Shown: positions 7,946-17,101 of the stretch, piece by piece
Numbering within the stretch: position 1 is the stretch's first letter
Layout of the letters: each line of letters begins with the position of its first letter
Origin: an uncultured virus (IMG/VR IMGVR_UViG_3300038303_000074)
Taxonomy: Duplodnaviria; Heunggongvirae; Uroviricota; Caudoviricetes
Virus record (IMG/VR): IMGVR_UViG_3300038303_000074
Reading direction: 5' to 3' (one strand)
DNA: 64,000 bases
Translations under genes and position numbers: made by a program
The notes under the pieces: model-generated
The model's input: only the letters and a program-made list of their open reading frames with translations
The model's database searches: none
Told to the model about the DNA's origin: nothing

Positions 7946-8605
7946 TCAATGTTTTGGGTAAGAGACATTAGCGACGTCAAAGGACCAGCAAGCGCGGCAA
8001 TCGCCGCAAGCATTGCCCTGCTGTGAGGCCGGGCAGACATGGCCAATCGGCGCGCCATTCTTGGTGAAAACAGCCGAGGTGTTGGCAGCTGATTTCGGGG
8101 GTTGGCCGTCGACCTTGCTGGCGGATATCCTGATGATCAGGTTGGCCGGAAGCGAGCCGTTTTTCTTAAGCCATTTAGCGACCATTGCACGCTCTTGTGT
8201 TGGCAGCCAATGGGCGATCTCGGGGGTCTGGATTGCGACCTGTACGATGCGGTCAAGGACGTCAACCGAGGCCAGGTCACCGGCGTCAAACCAGCGATGG
8301 AAAGGCTGATTGGTTTTGAGAGCTGCCTTGGTGATTTGATGCACGGCACCGGCGATCCAATCGGCGCGATCCTGATTGACCATTAGGTCCTGATTGTTCG
8401 CCCATGACTTGGCGACGTTGGTCCTGAATTTGGCGATCCTGAGGGCGTAGCAACCATGACACGGCGTGCCTTTGATCTTGGCCATTTTCTGGCCGGTGAC
8501 GCACTGAAATGGATCGGCAGGATATGAGCTGCCGGGCATCTTTGAATTAGCGGTGGAGACGTTGCCGCTGACTGCTTTGGCTTGCTTGATTGATGTGAAT
8601 TGCAT
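7946..8605 (-). CDS. Gene product 88 (GP88) family protein, Cys-rich
   Basis: SKMPG, CxxCYA, RWFDAGD, HWLPT and C-terminal CPA..CGDCRACW motifs. Confidence 0.85.
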   Translation of the reverse strand: MQFTSIKQAKAVSGNVSTANSKMPGSSYPADPFQCVTGQKMAKIKGTPCHGCYALRIAKFRTNVAKSWANNQDLMVNQDRADWIAGAVHQITKAALKTNQPFHRWFDAGDLASVDVLDRIVQVAIQTPEIAHWLPTQERAMVAKWLKKNGSLPANLIIRISASKVDGQPPKSAANTSAVFTKNGAPIGHVCPASQQGNACGDCRACWSFDVANVSYPKH

Positions 8606-8627
8606 GGTGTTGAGCCTTCCTGGTTTT

Positions 8628-8684
8628 CAATGTTTCGGCCTTGCTGGGCCATCGTCAGACACCCAGCGATAGGGCATGACATTG
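8628..8684 (-). ncRNA. Hammerhead ribozyme type III (HH6), predicted cleavage after GUC between 8678 and 8677
   Basis: Minus strand: CAAUG-UC-AUGCCC[UAUCGCU]GGGUGU-CUGACGA-U-GGCC[CAGCAA]GGCC-GAAA-CAUUG; loops I and II are complementary (GCU/AGC). Confidence 0.85.
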
Positions 8685-8889
8685 TTTGATCCGGTGATGT
8701 GGGCACCGGCCATCACCTCTCGGGGATGGTAACCAAGACCCGCTTGTTTCAGCGGCCATGCGTTGGCTGTTTTAATCCGGGCACCTGTTGGAAGTCTGCT
8801 CCGTTACGTCGTCCATATCGGCAGGCTTCCCCGAGGTCGGGAAGGTGAGAGGCCGGGGCCCCGTCGGGGCAGCTGCGGTTGCTCTCGGG

Positions 8890-8921
8890 CCCAAAGGGTC
8901 ACATATTGCAACAGGTGTCAA
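8890..8921 (-). promoter_or_regulatory. Putative sigma70 promoter of the leftward early operon
   Basis: Perfect TTGACA on the minus strand (8921-8916) in a divergent intergenic region; -10 element degenerate. Confidence 0.45.
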
Positions 8922-9030
8922 ACACTTTCTTCCACCGTCACGATAAACGGCGGAACTCTGCGGTTTATGGTTGCCGGTCTCGGGACCTGTTTGGTAGCGT
9001 GGCGGCTCAATAATTACATGGTGAGCACAC

Positions 9031-9687
9031 ATGGCACGATCAGGAAACACGAGACGACGAGCGCCCGTTGACCCAGCTGAGCCAACGGTTTCCGAGGTGC
9101 TGCAACCCGGCGCAATGATACCTCCGCTCATGGTCATTGACCCGGATAACCCTCGGTCATATGAGGACCTGGCCGGGCTGCCGGACGTCGATGCCACGCT
9201 ATCCAATGCGACACAAGCGCCTCAGGTAAAGAGCCACCAACGCAAGGAACCAACGCCTAAACAGCACGCATTTATCGTGGGCTGTTTGAAAGGCCTGACC
9301 GCCTCGGAAAGCTATCGCCGGGCCTATGATTGCGAGGCCTCCAGTCCCGGCACGGTGTGGACTGAAGCCAGTAAACTGATGCTTAACCCTGCGGTCGCCC
9401 AAAGGCTTGCCGAGGGTTGGCGTCGCGCTGAAGAGGCCGCGCTTGTCGGAGGCCCCACGCTGCGTCGCCTGGCACAACAGGTCCTGGTCACTGAAGCGCA
9501 ACAAGGCGACACGTCATCGGCGCGCATTGCGGCAGCTGTGAAGATAGGGCAGATGCCAAACGTGGGGCTGTTCGACGTGGACGCGAGCGACGCTGGGAGT
9601 ATCTCGGCGACCGACATCACCTCGGAGTTAAGAGCGCGCCTTGCTGCCGTTGCTGTTCCAGATGCGACAACCAACAGTGATGATTAG
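9031..9687 (+). CDS. Terminase small subunit
   Basis: TPKQHAF...TASESYRRAY...ASKLMLNPAVAQRL, an HTH pattern typical of TerS. Confidence 0.8.
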   Translation: MARSGNTRRRAPVDPAEPTVSEVLQPGAMIPPLMVIDPDNPRSYEDLAGLPDVDATLSNATQAPQVKSHQRKEPTPKQHAFIVGCLKGLTASESYRRAYDCEASSPGTVWTEASKLMLNPAVAQRLAEGWRRAEEAALVGGPTLRRLAQQVLVTEAQQGDTSSARIAAAVKIGQMPNVGLFDVDASDAGSISATDITSELRARLAAVAVPDATTNSDD

Positions 9688-10249
9688 CATTGTCTAATAT
9701 ACGTATCGCCGCTATCCCATAGTGGAAGCCAAAGCCGAGGCCTCGTCGATTTCGTATAATGCATGTTATGCCACCTTTCTGTGGTGGTGGATCAGGACGC
9801 AATGAGAGACACCGGCGACGAGCTGCCAGCTGCCAGCTATCAGCTCGATGCGACGGCCCGAACCGAACGATCGCGGCACTGAATAAAAGCACGGGCGCAA
9901 CGCGTCCTGACGACCCACCATGCGCCTGGGGGGACCCCCCTGTGGACCGCGGCCGTACGATCTGCCTTACATGCTAATTTGGACATTCAAACCCCGCAAA
10001 TTTCAGAACACCTTGCTCCCGCGCAAGTACCTACTAGCTGACAGCTATCAGCTCAAAAATACCCGCTAATTCTACACGCCCCCACCCCCGCGTAGAATTT
10101 TCAGAAATCGGCCAAAATGCTCCAAATGTAATTTCGGGCAAATTTTTCCAGCAAAAAGCTGAAAATCCGCCCCCGACCGAAAATAAATATTTGACAGTAT
10201 GAGAAGACTGTTATAGGGAGGAGGCAGATTTTAACCGGGAGAGCAGTAA

Positions 10250-10594
10250 ATGCCCACACTTCCAACACTCAGGATCATCCCTGACAACGACCAGAATATC
10301 TACGTCCACAAGGGCGAGACCCACGTCTGTCAGGAAGGCCACCCGATCGCGACCGCGGCGATCGATCTGACCACGGGACAAATCCCGCATCCAAGGGACT
10401 GGGACTTCATACAGGAGCAGGCCAAGGTCTGGAACAAGGTCAAGTGCAGCGTCGAGGGCTGCACCGGCGACCTTGTTTATCCGGGTGGGTATCTCTGGTT
10501 TATGGCCGAGACGATCCCTGGGCAAGCCAGACCTTTCTCCGGCGACCCTGTCGGCGGGCTCGTCCCAAGGAGCGACGCAGATGGTGATGAGTAG
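10250..10594 (+). CDS. Hypothetical protein
   Basis: GGGAG RBS; TTGACA at 10191 upstream. Confidence 0.6.
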   Translation: MPTLPTLRIIPDNDQNIYVHKGETHVCQEGHPIATAAIDLTTGQIPHPRDWDFIQEQAKVWNKVKCSVEGCTGDLVYPGGYLWFMAETIPGQARPFSGDPVGGLVPRSDADGDE

Positions 10595-11402
10595 CGCCGC
10601 CACACACAGCCACGACCGCAAACAGAACGAGCTCGAACATGTCGTCAAGGGTTACGACTTCGACCTTCAGCACGACATAGGGCACGGCCGGTACCTGATC
10701 GCCGATCGGAACACCGGCCAACCGCTGGCGCACATCGCCGAAGAGACGCTGGAGGACAGTTTCGACACCACGGCGACTGCGCTGGAGGCGTGCTACAACG
10801 CAGCTCGTCGCATGAACGACACCAGCAAGGCCCGCCACATTATGGACAAGGCGGACAAGCGCCGCCAGGACTACCAACGCAACATGCAAAATCAAGATCA
10901 GGGGTTCGGCACGCTCGGCCCGCAACACGCGGCGGCGCAGCAGCAAATGAACCAGCAAATGAACCAGCAAATGAACCGGCAAATGAACCGGCAGCTGAGC
11001 CAGCAGATGAACCGGCAGCTGAGCCAGCAGGCGGCGCAGCAGGCGGCGCAGCATCGGACAGCTTTCGTCACCGGCACCGGCCTCGGCACCAGCGGCCCGA
11101 ACCAGCGCCAACCCAACCCGCTCAACCCGCTGACAGCAGCGCAGCCCAAGCCGAAAGCGCCGGTCACGGACACGGCGAAGGAAGTGCGCGATGCGATCGC
11201 TGTGGACCTCATGGTGCAGAAGATTGTCAAGGCCGAGGAGGTCGTCGCCGCCTCTGCGCGGCTGGCTCGGGTAAGCCTCCGGGCTGCGCAGGAGATCGAC
11301 GACACCATGGCCGAGAAGATCGCGGCGTCGCAAGGCGTCACCACCGATCAGGTCAGGGCGGTCCTCAAGGATGTCGTCAACCAGATCATTGCGAGGGTGT
11401 GA
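10581..11402 (+). CDS. Hypothetical protein with Gln-rich tandem repeats
   Basis: AAGGAG RBS before ATG 10581; (QQMN/RQMN/RQLS)n tract. Confidence 0.7.
   Translation: MVMSSAATHSHDRKQNELEHVVKGYDFDLQHDIGHGRYLIADRNTGQPLAHIAEETLEDSFDTTATALEACYNAARRMNDTSKARHIMDKADKRRQDYQRNMQNQDQGFGTLGPQHAAAQQQMNQQMNQQMNRQMNRQLSQQMNRQLSQQAAQQAAQHRTAFVTGTGLGTSGPNQRQPNPLNPLTAAQPKPKAPVTDTAKEVRDAIAVDLMVQKIVKAEEVVAASARLARVSLRAAQEIDDTMAEKIAASQGVTTDQVRAVLKDVVNQIIARV
10941..11051 (+). repeat. 12-nt imperfect tandem repeat (CAGCAAATGAAC-like), in frame
   Basis: About 9 units visible, encoding QQMN, RQMN, RQLS and QQAA. Confidence 0.85.
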
Positions 11403-11632
11403 TGACCCCACGCCAACGTGAAGTCTACGACTACCTGATCAGGTACCGCAGCATCCACGGCTACTCGCCGACCTATATCGAGATAGCGCAGGCGCTCGGG
11501 TTCGCCAGTCCGGGCAATGCGCGGGAGGTTATGCTGCGTCTGATCAAGCAGGGCCGGGTTCGCACGAACGCCACGGCGCGTGCGCAGCGCGTGCTGATAC
11601 CGCTCGACGAAACAGGAAGGAGGGTCGTCTGA
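11402..11632 (+). CDS. LexA-like winged-helix DNA-binding domain (no peptidase domain)
   Basis: MTPRQREVYDYL...GYSPTYIEIAQALGFASP matches the LexA N-terminal domain; TGATG coupling. Confidence 0.85.
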   Translation: MTPRQREVYDYLIRYRSIHGYSPTYIEIAQALGFASPGNAREVMLRLIKQGRVRTNATARAQRVLIPLDETGRRVV

Positions 11633-11671
11633 CTTGACGCCCTGAGCCATCATGGCGTAGTTTCCCAGACC

Positions 11672-14200
11672 ATGACAGGAATGACCGACGCCGAGCTTCA
11701 GGGCTACCTTAAAAATATTCACCTGCTGCCGCTGCCAGAGCAGCGCGAGATACTCGGGCTATTGGACAAGCTCGACGACGCCAACAAGCGCGAGAAGGCG
11801 CAGGGCAAGTTCATCGACTTCGTCACGGAAATATGGCCCGGCTTTATTGCGGGCAATCACCACACCATCACCGCCAACGCCTTCGACGATATTATCAGCG
11901 GCAAGAATAAACGCCTGATCGTCAACATGCCGCCGCGCCACCGGCTGGCTACGAACACCCCCATAATGACGACACGGGGGTGGAAAACCATGGCAACTAT
12001 ATCGGTCGGGGACAAAGTGTTCGCGCCAGACGGCTCGCCGGTTTTGGTGACAGGCAAATCAGCAACGTACCGCGAGCCTCTCTATGAAGTGGAGACGACG
12101 GACGGGCAGGTTATTGAGTGCGACGGCACCCACCTCTGGACCGTCTCTTACAGCACGAGAGGCCACCCATATTTCAGCACGTCGTTTGCTGAGCACTCGA
12201 CAGAAGATATTTTCAAGCGTGGGGTACCGAAACGCGGCGGCCCGTACCTGCCCAACTTTCAAGCAGTCGTAACGCCTGAAGCCGAACTGCCTATAGACCC
12301 GTACATGCTCGGCGTGTGGCTCGGCGACGGCACGAAATACGGCGCGGCCATAGGGTGCTCGTACAGAGACGAACCTGAGACGCGGCGCTTGATCGAGGCT
12401 GCGGGGTACCCGACGTCAGATCGCGACGGCTACCAAATGTTTGGCGTGCTGAAACTCCATGCCCAGCTTCGGGAAGAAGGACTGCTTGAAAATAAACACA
12501 TACCTGAAAAATACCTGACAGCCAGCATCGACCAGCGGATCGCACTTATGCAGGGGCTGGTAGACACCGACGGGTCTGTAGGCACGACGGGGCGATGCAC
12601 GTTCCACCAGACAGACCGACGCATGGCGGAAGACTTCTGCTCGCTGGTAAATTCGCTAGGGGTTAAAGCGCGGATCACGCAGCGACAGACGCACTACGAC
12701 GGCGTGCCGAGCAAACCGTCGTACCGGGTGAATTTTCGGCACCCTAAGGCGGCGCGCATGCAGCGTAAAGCGTCGCGGCTGGGCGCGCCCAGTAAGCTGC
12801 CAGGGAGGGCAATAACGGTACGCAAAGCAGGCCGCGAAGGCGACGTGCAGTGCTTGGAGGTCGCGAACGCCGACGGACTTTTCCTTGCAGGTAGAGGCAT
12901 GGTCTGTACGCACAACACTAAATCTGAATTTGCGAGTAAGTATTTTCCGGCTTTTGCTATGGGCCACCGGCCGGACATGAAAATCATTCAGGCCTCGAAC
13001 ACAGCCGAGCTCGCCGTTAACTTTGGCCGCCAGGTACGTGACGTCGTCGGCAGCCCGGAGTACAGCGGGATTTTTCCGGGTGTTGGCCTCGACCCTGACA
13101 GTAAGGCTGCCGGTCGCTGGAACACGAATAAAAAAGGAACCTATTTTGCGATTGGTGTCGGAGGTACTGTTTCGGGTCGCGGTGCTGATCTACTTATCAT
13201 TGACGATCCTCACTCGGAGCAGGAAGCGGCAAGGGCCGAGTATGACCCGACGGTTTTTGACAGCGTGTATGAGTGGTATACGTCGGGTCCTCGCCAGCGT
13301 CTTCAACCGGGCGGGGCGATCGTAATTGTCATGACGCGGTGGGGTTTGAAAGACCTTACCGGTCAGGTAACGAAAACGTCTGAGCTGCGCGTCGGCTCCG
13401 ACGTCTGGAAAGTTATCAACCTGCCCGCCATGCTCGACGGCGATCGGCCGATCTGGCCGGAGTTCTGGAGCAAGGCAGAATTGATGGCGCTGAAGGCCGA
13501 GCTGCCGGTCAGCAAATGGAACGCCCAGTATCAGCAAGACCCGACCGCGGAAGAGGGTGCCATCATCAAGCGTGAGTGGTGGCAGAAGTGGGAGCACAAG
13601 AAACCGCCGAAGTGCGACTTCACGATCATGTCGTGGGACACCGCCTTCGAGAAAACCCAGCGCGCCGATTTTTCTGCCTGCACCTTGTGGGGCATCTTCT
13701 ACACCGAGAACAAGGAAGAGGGCCCCAACGGCGTCAAGCAGACCGTGCAGACCACCAACATCATTTTGCTCGACGCCTTCCGCGATCGCTGGAGCTTCCC
13801 CGAGCTCAAGGCGAAGTTCCTCAAGGCCTATAAAAAACACCAGCCCGACAGCGTCGTCATCGAGCGCAAGGCCTCCGGCATCTCGCTCATTCAGGAGATG
13901 CGCGCCATGGGCATCCCGGTCGGCGAGTTCACCCCGACCAAGGGCAACGACAAGATCGCCCGCCTCAACTCGATCTCGGATATCTTCGCCTCAGGCCTCG
14001 TCTGGTACCCGGACACGCGCTGGGCCGAGGAGGTTATCGAGGAGGTCGCGGCCTTCCCCGCAGGCGAGCATGATGATTACGTCGATACGACATCGCAGGC
14101 TCTGATCCGGTTCAGACAGGGCGGATTTATCCGCATTCCGACCGATGACGCCGATGAAGAGAGCGAAGCCGAGAAACACGCGGTTGCGGATTACTATTGA
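11672..14200 (+). CDS. Terminase large subunit, intein-containing
   Basis: MPPRH|TKSE Walker A split by an intein; GRGADLLIIDDP Walker B; SWDTA and HDDYVD nuclease motifs. Confidence 0.95.
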   Translation: MTGMTDAELQGYLKNIHLLPLPEQREILGLLDKLDDANKREKAQGKFIDFVTEIWPGFIAGNHHTITANAFDDIISGKNKRLIVNMPPRHRLATNTPIMTTRGWKTMATISVGDKVFAPDGSPVLVTGKSATYREPLYEVETTDGQVIECDGTHLWTVSYSTRGHPYFSTSFAEHSTEDIFKRGVPKRGGPYLPNFQAVVTPEAELPIDPYMLGVWLGDGTKYGAAIGCSYRDEPETRRLIEAAGYPTSDRDGYQMFGVLKLHAQLREEGLLENKHIPEKYLTASIDQRIALMQGLVDTDGSVGTTGRCTFHQTDRRMAEDFCSLVNSLGVKARITQRQTHYDGVPSKPSYRVNFRHPKAARMQRKASRLGAPSKLPGRAITVRKAGREGDVQCLEVANADGLFLAGRGMVCTHNTKSEFASKYFPAFAMGHRPDMKIIQASNTAELAVNFGRQVRDVVGSPEYSGIFPGVGLDPDSKAAGRWNTNKKGTYFAIGVGGTVSGRGADLLIIDDPHSEQEAARAEYDPTVFDSVYEWYTSGPRQRLQPGGAIVIVMTRWGLKDLTGQVTKTSELRVGSDVWKVINLPAMLDGDRPIWPEFWSKAELMALKAELPVSKWNAQYQQDPTAEEGAIIKREWWQKWEHKKPPKCDFTIMSWDTAFEKTQRADFSACTLWGIFYTENKEEGPNGVKQTVQTTNIILLDAFRDRWSFPELKAKFLKAYKKHQPDSVVIERKASGISLIQEMRAMGIPVGEFTPTKGNDKIARLNSISDIFASGLVWYPDTRWAEEVIEEVAAFPAGEHDDYVDTTSQALIRFRQGGFIRIPTDDADEESEAEKHAVADYY
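11942..12916 (+). mobile_element. Class 3 intein (325 aa) with LAGLIDADG homing endonuclease
   Basis: Block A RLATNTPI; block B HLW; LGVWLGDG and GLVDTDG motifs; block F VQCLEV; block G THN followed by T. Confidence 0.9.
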
Positions 14201-14265
14201 CTGGTGAGCGTTCAGTGTGCCTATATACACCCTGACGAGCCCCCACGCAGGATGGAAAGCCCCGC

Positions 14266-16797
14266 ATGGCAGTACCTCAAAGTGTCCATAAGCCCCTGAT
14301 GCCTCGCGATGCGCGTGACGTAGAGCCCGCGCCCGGCGTATTTACTCTGCAAGACGAAGAACCTTCAGCATTAGAGACGGAAGACGGCGTACGTGTTGAG
14401 GTCGTCGACATGGAAGACGGCGGCGCTGAGGTTACCTTTGGCGAAGAAGACATTCTCGATCCACTGCAGGAAGGCTTCGGCCATAACCTCGCCCTCGATC
14501 TCGAAGAGGGCGAACTGGACACAATCGCCTCCGACGTGATCCGACAGATCGATGTCGATCTCCAGTCCCGCCAAGAGTGGGAAAAATCATACGTCAAAGG
14601 CCTCAAGCTTCTCGGTTTCAGTATCGAGGATCGCACAACACCCTGGAACGGGGCCTCCGGCGTTCACCACCCTATCCTTTCTGAAGCCGTCATTCGCGCA
14701 CAGGCGCATTTAATGGCGGAAGCATTCCCGGCCTCGGGCCCGGTCAAGTCGAAAGTGGTCGGCAAGATCACCCCGGAAAAAGAAGCTCAGGCGCTGCGTG
14801 TCAAAAACGACATGAACTATCAGCTCACCGAGAAGATGCCGGAGTACCGGCCGGAAACTGAAAAACTATTCTTCAACCTGCCGCTGGCAGGTTCTGTATT
14901 TCGCAAAATCTACTTTGATCCCAACCTGAAACGCGCAGCGGCGATGATGGTCACGGCTGAAGACATGATCGTGCCCTACGGTGCATCGGACCTACTCTCC
15001 TCCCCCCACACGCACCGCATTCGCAAAGCTTACAACGATGTGAAGAAGGACCAGCTCAGTGGATTTTACAGGGACGTTGATATTAGTAAACCGGTTGCTG
15101 AACTCTCTCGGGTTGAGAAAGAGAAAGCAAAGGCCGGTCAAGAGACGCCGACCATGGAGCTGGATGATCGCGTGGTCATCTACGAGCGCAGTTGCGATCT
15201 TGAACTGCCTGCCGCGATAGGCGACAGCGAAGACGGCATCGCCCGGCCTTACATTATCACGATCACCAAGCAGGACAAAAAAGTTCTCAGCATCTACCGC
15301 AACTGGCGGGAAGAAGACGAGACCATGACCAAGCGCCTGCATGTGGCGCACTACGAGTATATACCCGGCCTTGGCTTCTACGGCCTCGGCCTGATCCACC
15401 TGATCGGCGGCATCACCAAGACAGCGACATCCGTACTGCGCCAACTGATCGACGCCGGTACGCTGGCCAACCTGCCCGCCGGACTGAAGTCTCGCGGACT
15501 GCGCATCAAGGGCGATAACACCCCCATCAAGCCGGGCGAGTTCCGCGACGTTGATGTGCCGGGCAACGCCATCAAAGACAACATCACATTCCTCCCCTAC
15601 AAAGAACCATCCACGGTCCTCCACGCTCTGCTGACGCAGGTCGTTGACGAAGGCCGCAGGATCGCCTCTGCAGCGGACATGAAGATTTCCGACATGAGCG
15701 GCGACAGCCCGGTCGGCACCACACTTGCCCTTCTTGAACATGAAATGAAAATCATGTCGGCAGTCATGGCCCGCGTATACGCGGCCATGCGTCAGGAGTT
15801 CAAACTACTCGTCGGCATCATGAAAGATCATGCGCCAGAGCAGTACGAGTACGAAGTCGAAGGAGGTGATCAATTCAGCCCGCGGAAAGATTACGACGAC
15901 CGTGTCGACATCATTCCGGTAGCGAACCCCAACGCTGCGACGATGGCGCAGCGCATCACCACCTATCAGGCGATCCACCAGATGTCGCAAACGGCACCGG
16001 ACGTCTACGACGAGGTCGAGCTGCACCGAGGCATGCTGAGCGTGCTGGGCGCGGAGAACATCGACAAGCTGATCCCGGGGGCGAAAGACCAGAAGCCTCA
16101 GGACCCCGTCACCGAGAACATGAAACTGATCTCTGGATCACCGGCCAAGGCCTTCATGTACCAGGATCACAAATCACATATTGCGGTCCATATGGCCGCG
16201 TCTGAAGACCCGGCGATTATGGCGTTGCTGAGCAAGAGCCCGAACGCACAGGCGATCGGTGCGGCTATGGCGGCCCACGTACAAGAACACCTCGGCTACC
16301 AGTACCGTCGCGAGATCGAGGAGCAGATGGGCGTCGAGATGCCGCATCCAGACGAGCCAATGTCGGAAGACGTCGAGGTTCGCCTGTCGGCCACGGTTGC
16401 CGAAGCCGCAGCCAACCTGCTGAGCAAGCACAAGCAGGAAGAGCAGCAGAAAAAAGCCCAGGAGCAGGAGCAGGACCCTGTCATCCAGATGCAGATGGCC
16501 GAGTTGGAGATCAAGAAAACAGCCGCCGACAGCAAGGCGGCGAACGACGAAGGCAAACTGGCGCTGGCGCGCGCGAAGGCCATGTCCGATGCAGACCTCG
16601 CGGCGAGCAAGATCGCCAGCGACGAGCAGATCGCCGGTGCCAAGATCGGCGCGGACGCTGCAGAAAGCCGTCAGGACGCCATCATGGAAGGTGCCCGCAT
16701 TCAGTCACAAGAAGCGGTCGCCGGAGCCCAGATCGGGGCGAACGCCGCCGCTCAAAAGCTCGCCTCTGACAACAAAAAGGTTGACGGAGATGCGTGA
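14266..16797 (+). CDS. Portal protein
   Basis: 843 aa directly after TerL; conserved PWNGASGVHHP, QLIDAGTLANLPAG and PGEFRDVD; long C-terminal coiled coil. Confidence 0.9.
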   Translation: MAVPQSVHKPLMPRDARDVEPAPGVFTLQDEEPSALETEDGVRVEVVDMEDGGAEVTFGEEDILDPLQEGFGHNLALDLEEGELDTIASDVIRQIDVDLQSRQEWEKSYVKGLKLLGFSIEDRTTPWNGASGVHHPILSEAVIRAQAHLMAEAFPASGPVKSKVVGKITPEKEAQALRVKNDMNYQLTEKMPEYRPETEKLFFNLPLAGSVFRKIYFDPNLKRAAAMMVTAEDMIVPYGASDLLSSPHTHRIRKAYNDVKKDQLSGFYRDVDISKPVAELSRVEKEKAKAGQETPTMELDDRVVIYERSCDLELPAAIGDSEDGIARPYIITITKQDKKVLSIYRNWREEDETMTKRLHVAHYEYIPGLGFYGLGLIHLIGGITKTATSVLRQLIDAGTLANLPAGLKSRGLRIKGDNTPIKPGEFRDVDVPGNAIKDNITFLPYKEPSTVLHALLTQVVDEGRRIASAADMKISDMSGDSPVGTTLALLEHEMKIMSAVMARVYAAMRQEFKLLVGIMKDHAPEQYEYEVEGGDQFSPRKDYDDRVDIIPVANPNAATMAQRITTYQAIHQMSQTAPDVYDEVELHRGMLSVLGAENIDKLIPGAKDQKPQDPVTENMKLISGSPAKAFMYQDHKSHIAVHMAASEDPAIMALLSKSPNAQAIGAAMAAHVQEHLGYQYRREIEEQMGVEMPHPDEPMSEDVEVRLSATVAEAAANLLSKHKQEEQQKKAQEQEQDPVIQMQMAELEIKKTAADSKAANDEGKLALARAKAMSDADLAASKIASDEQIAGAKIGADAAESRQDAIMEGARIQSQEAVAGAQIGANAAAQKLASDNKKVDGDA

Positions 16798-17051
16798 TGT
16801 ATGATCAGTATTTAAAAATTGCCTACGAAAGCTGCGGTATGAAGATCGCGGAAGCCGCTGATCACATGGCCATGGGCGGCTGTAAAAGCTACGAAGAGTA
16901 CAAAGAAAGCGTCGGCATGATTGCGGGTCTCAGGACCGCGCAGGAAGATTTGGTAGAGCTGGACGAGCGCATGCGTAAGTCCAGCGAAGACGGAATTAAA
17001 GATCACCTTGATGAAACCGGGAATGACGACGAAGCAGTAGGGTACACTTAG
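16794..17051 (+). CDS. Small conserved head-module protein
   Basis: SYEEYKESVGMIAGL pattern; lies between portal and GroES-like genes. Confidence 0.7.
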   Translation: MMYDQYLKIAYESCGMKIAEAADHMAMGGCKSYEEYKESVGMIAGLRTAQEDLVELDERMRKSSEDGIKDHLDETGNDDEAVGYT

Positions 17052-17101
17052 GAGGCGCTGGTACCACGGCGACCCACGCCGCGCATCAAGGGAGATTACC
17101 T

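Noticed and set aside
8690..8895. Early leader and the 58866-59046 element as further ribozymes (HDV-like, twister, hammerhead) or tRNA
   Set aside because: I could not fit the required cores or a cloverleaf by eye; kept only as unclassified structured RNA.
10500..11632. Long overlapping ORFs in several frames (10500-11411 minus, 10790-11632 plus, 10898-11344 minus)
   Set aside because: Shadow ORFs caused by high GC and the stop-free 12-nt repeat; only the LexA-like part from 11402 has protein-like content.
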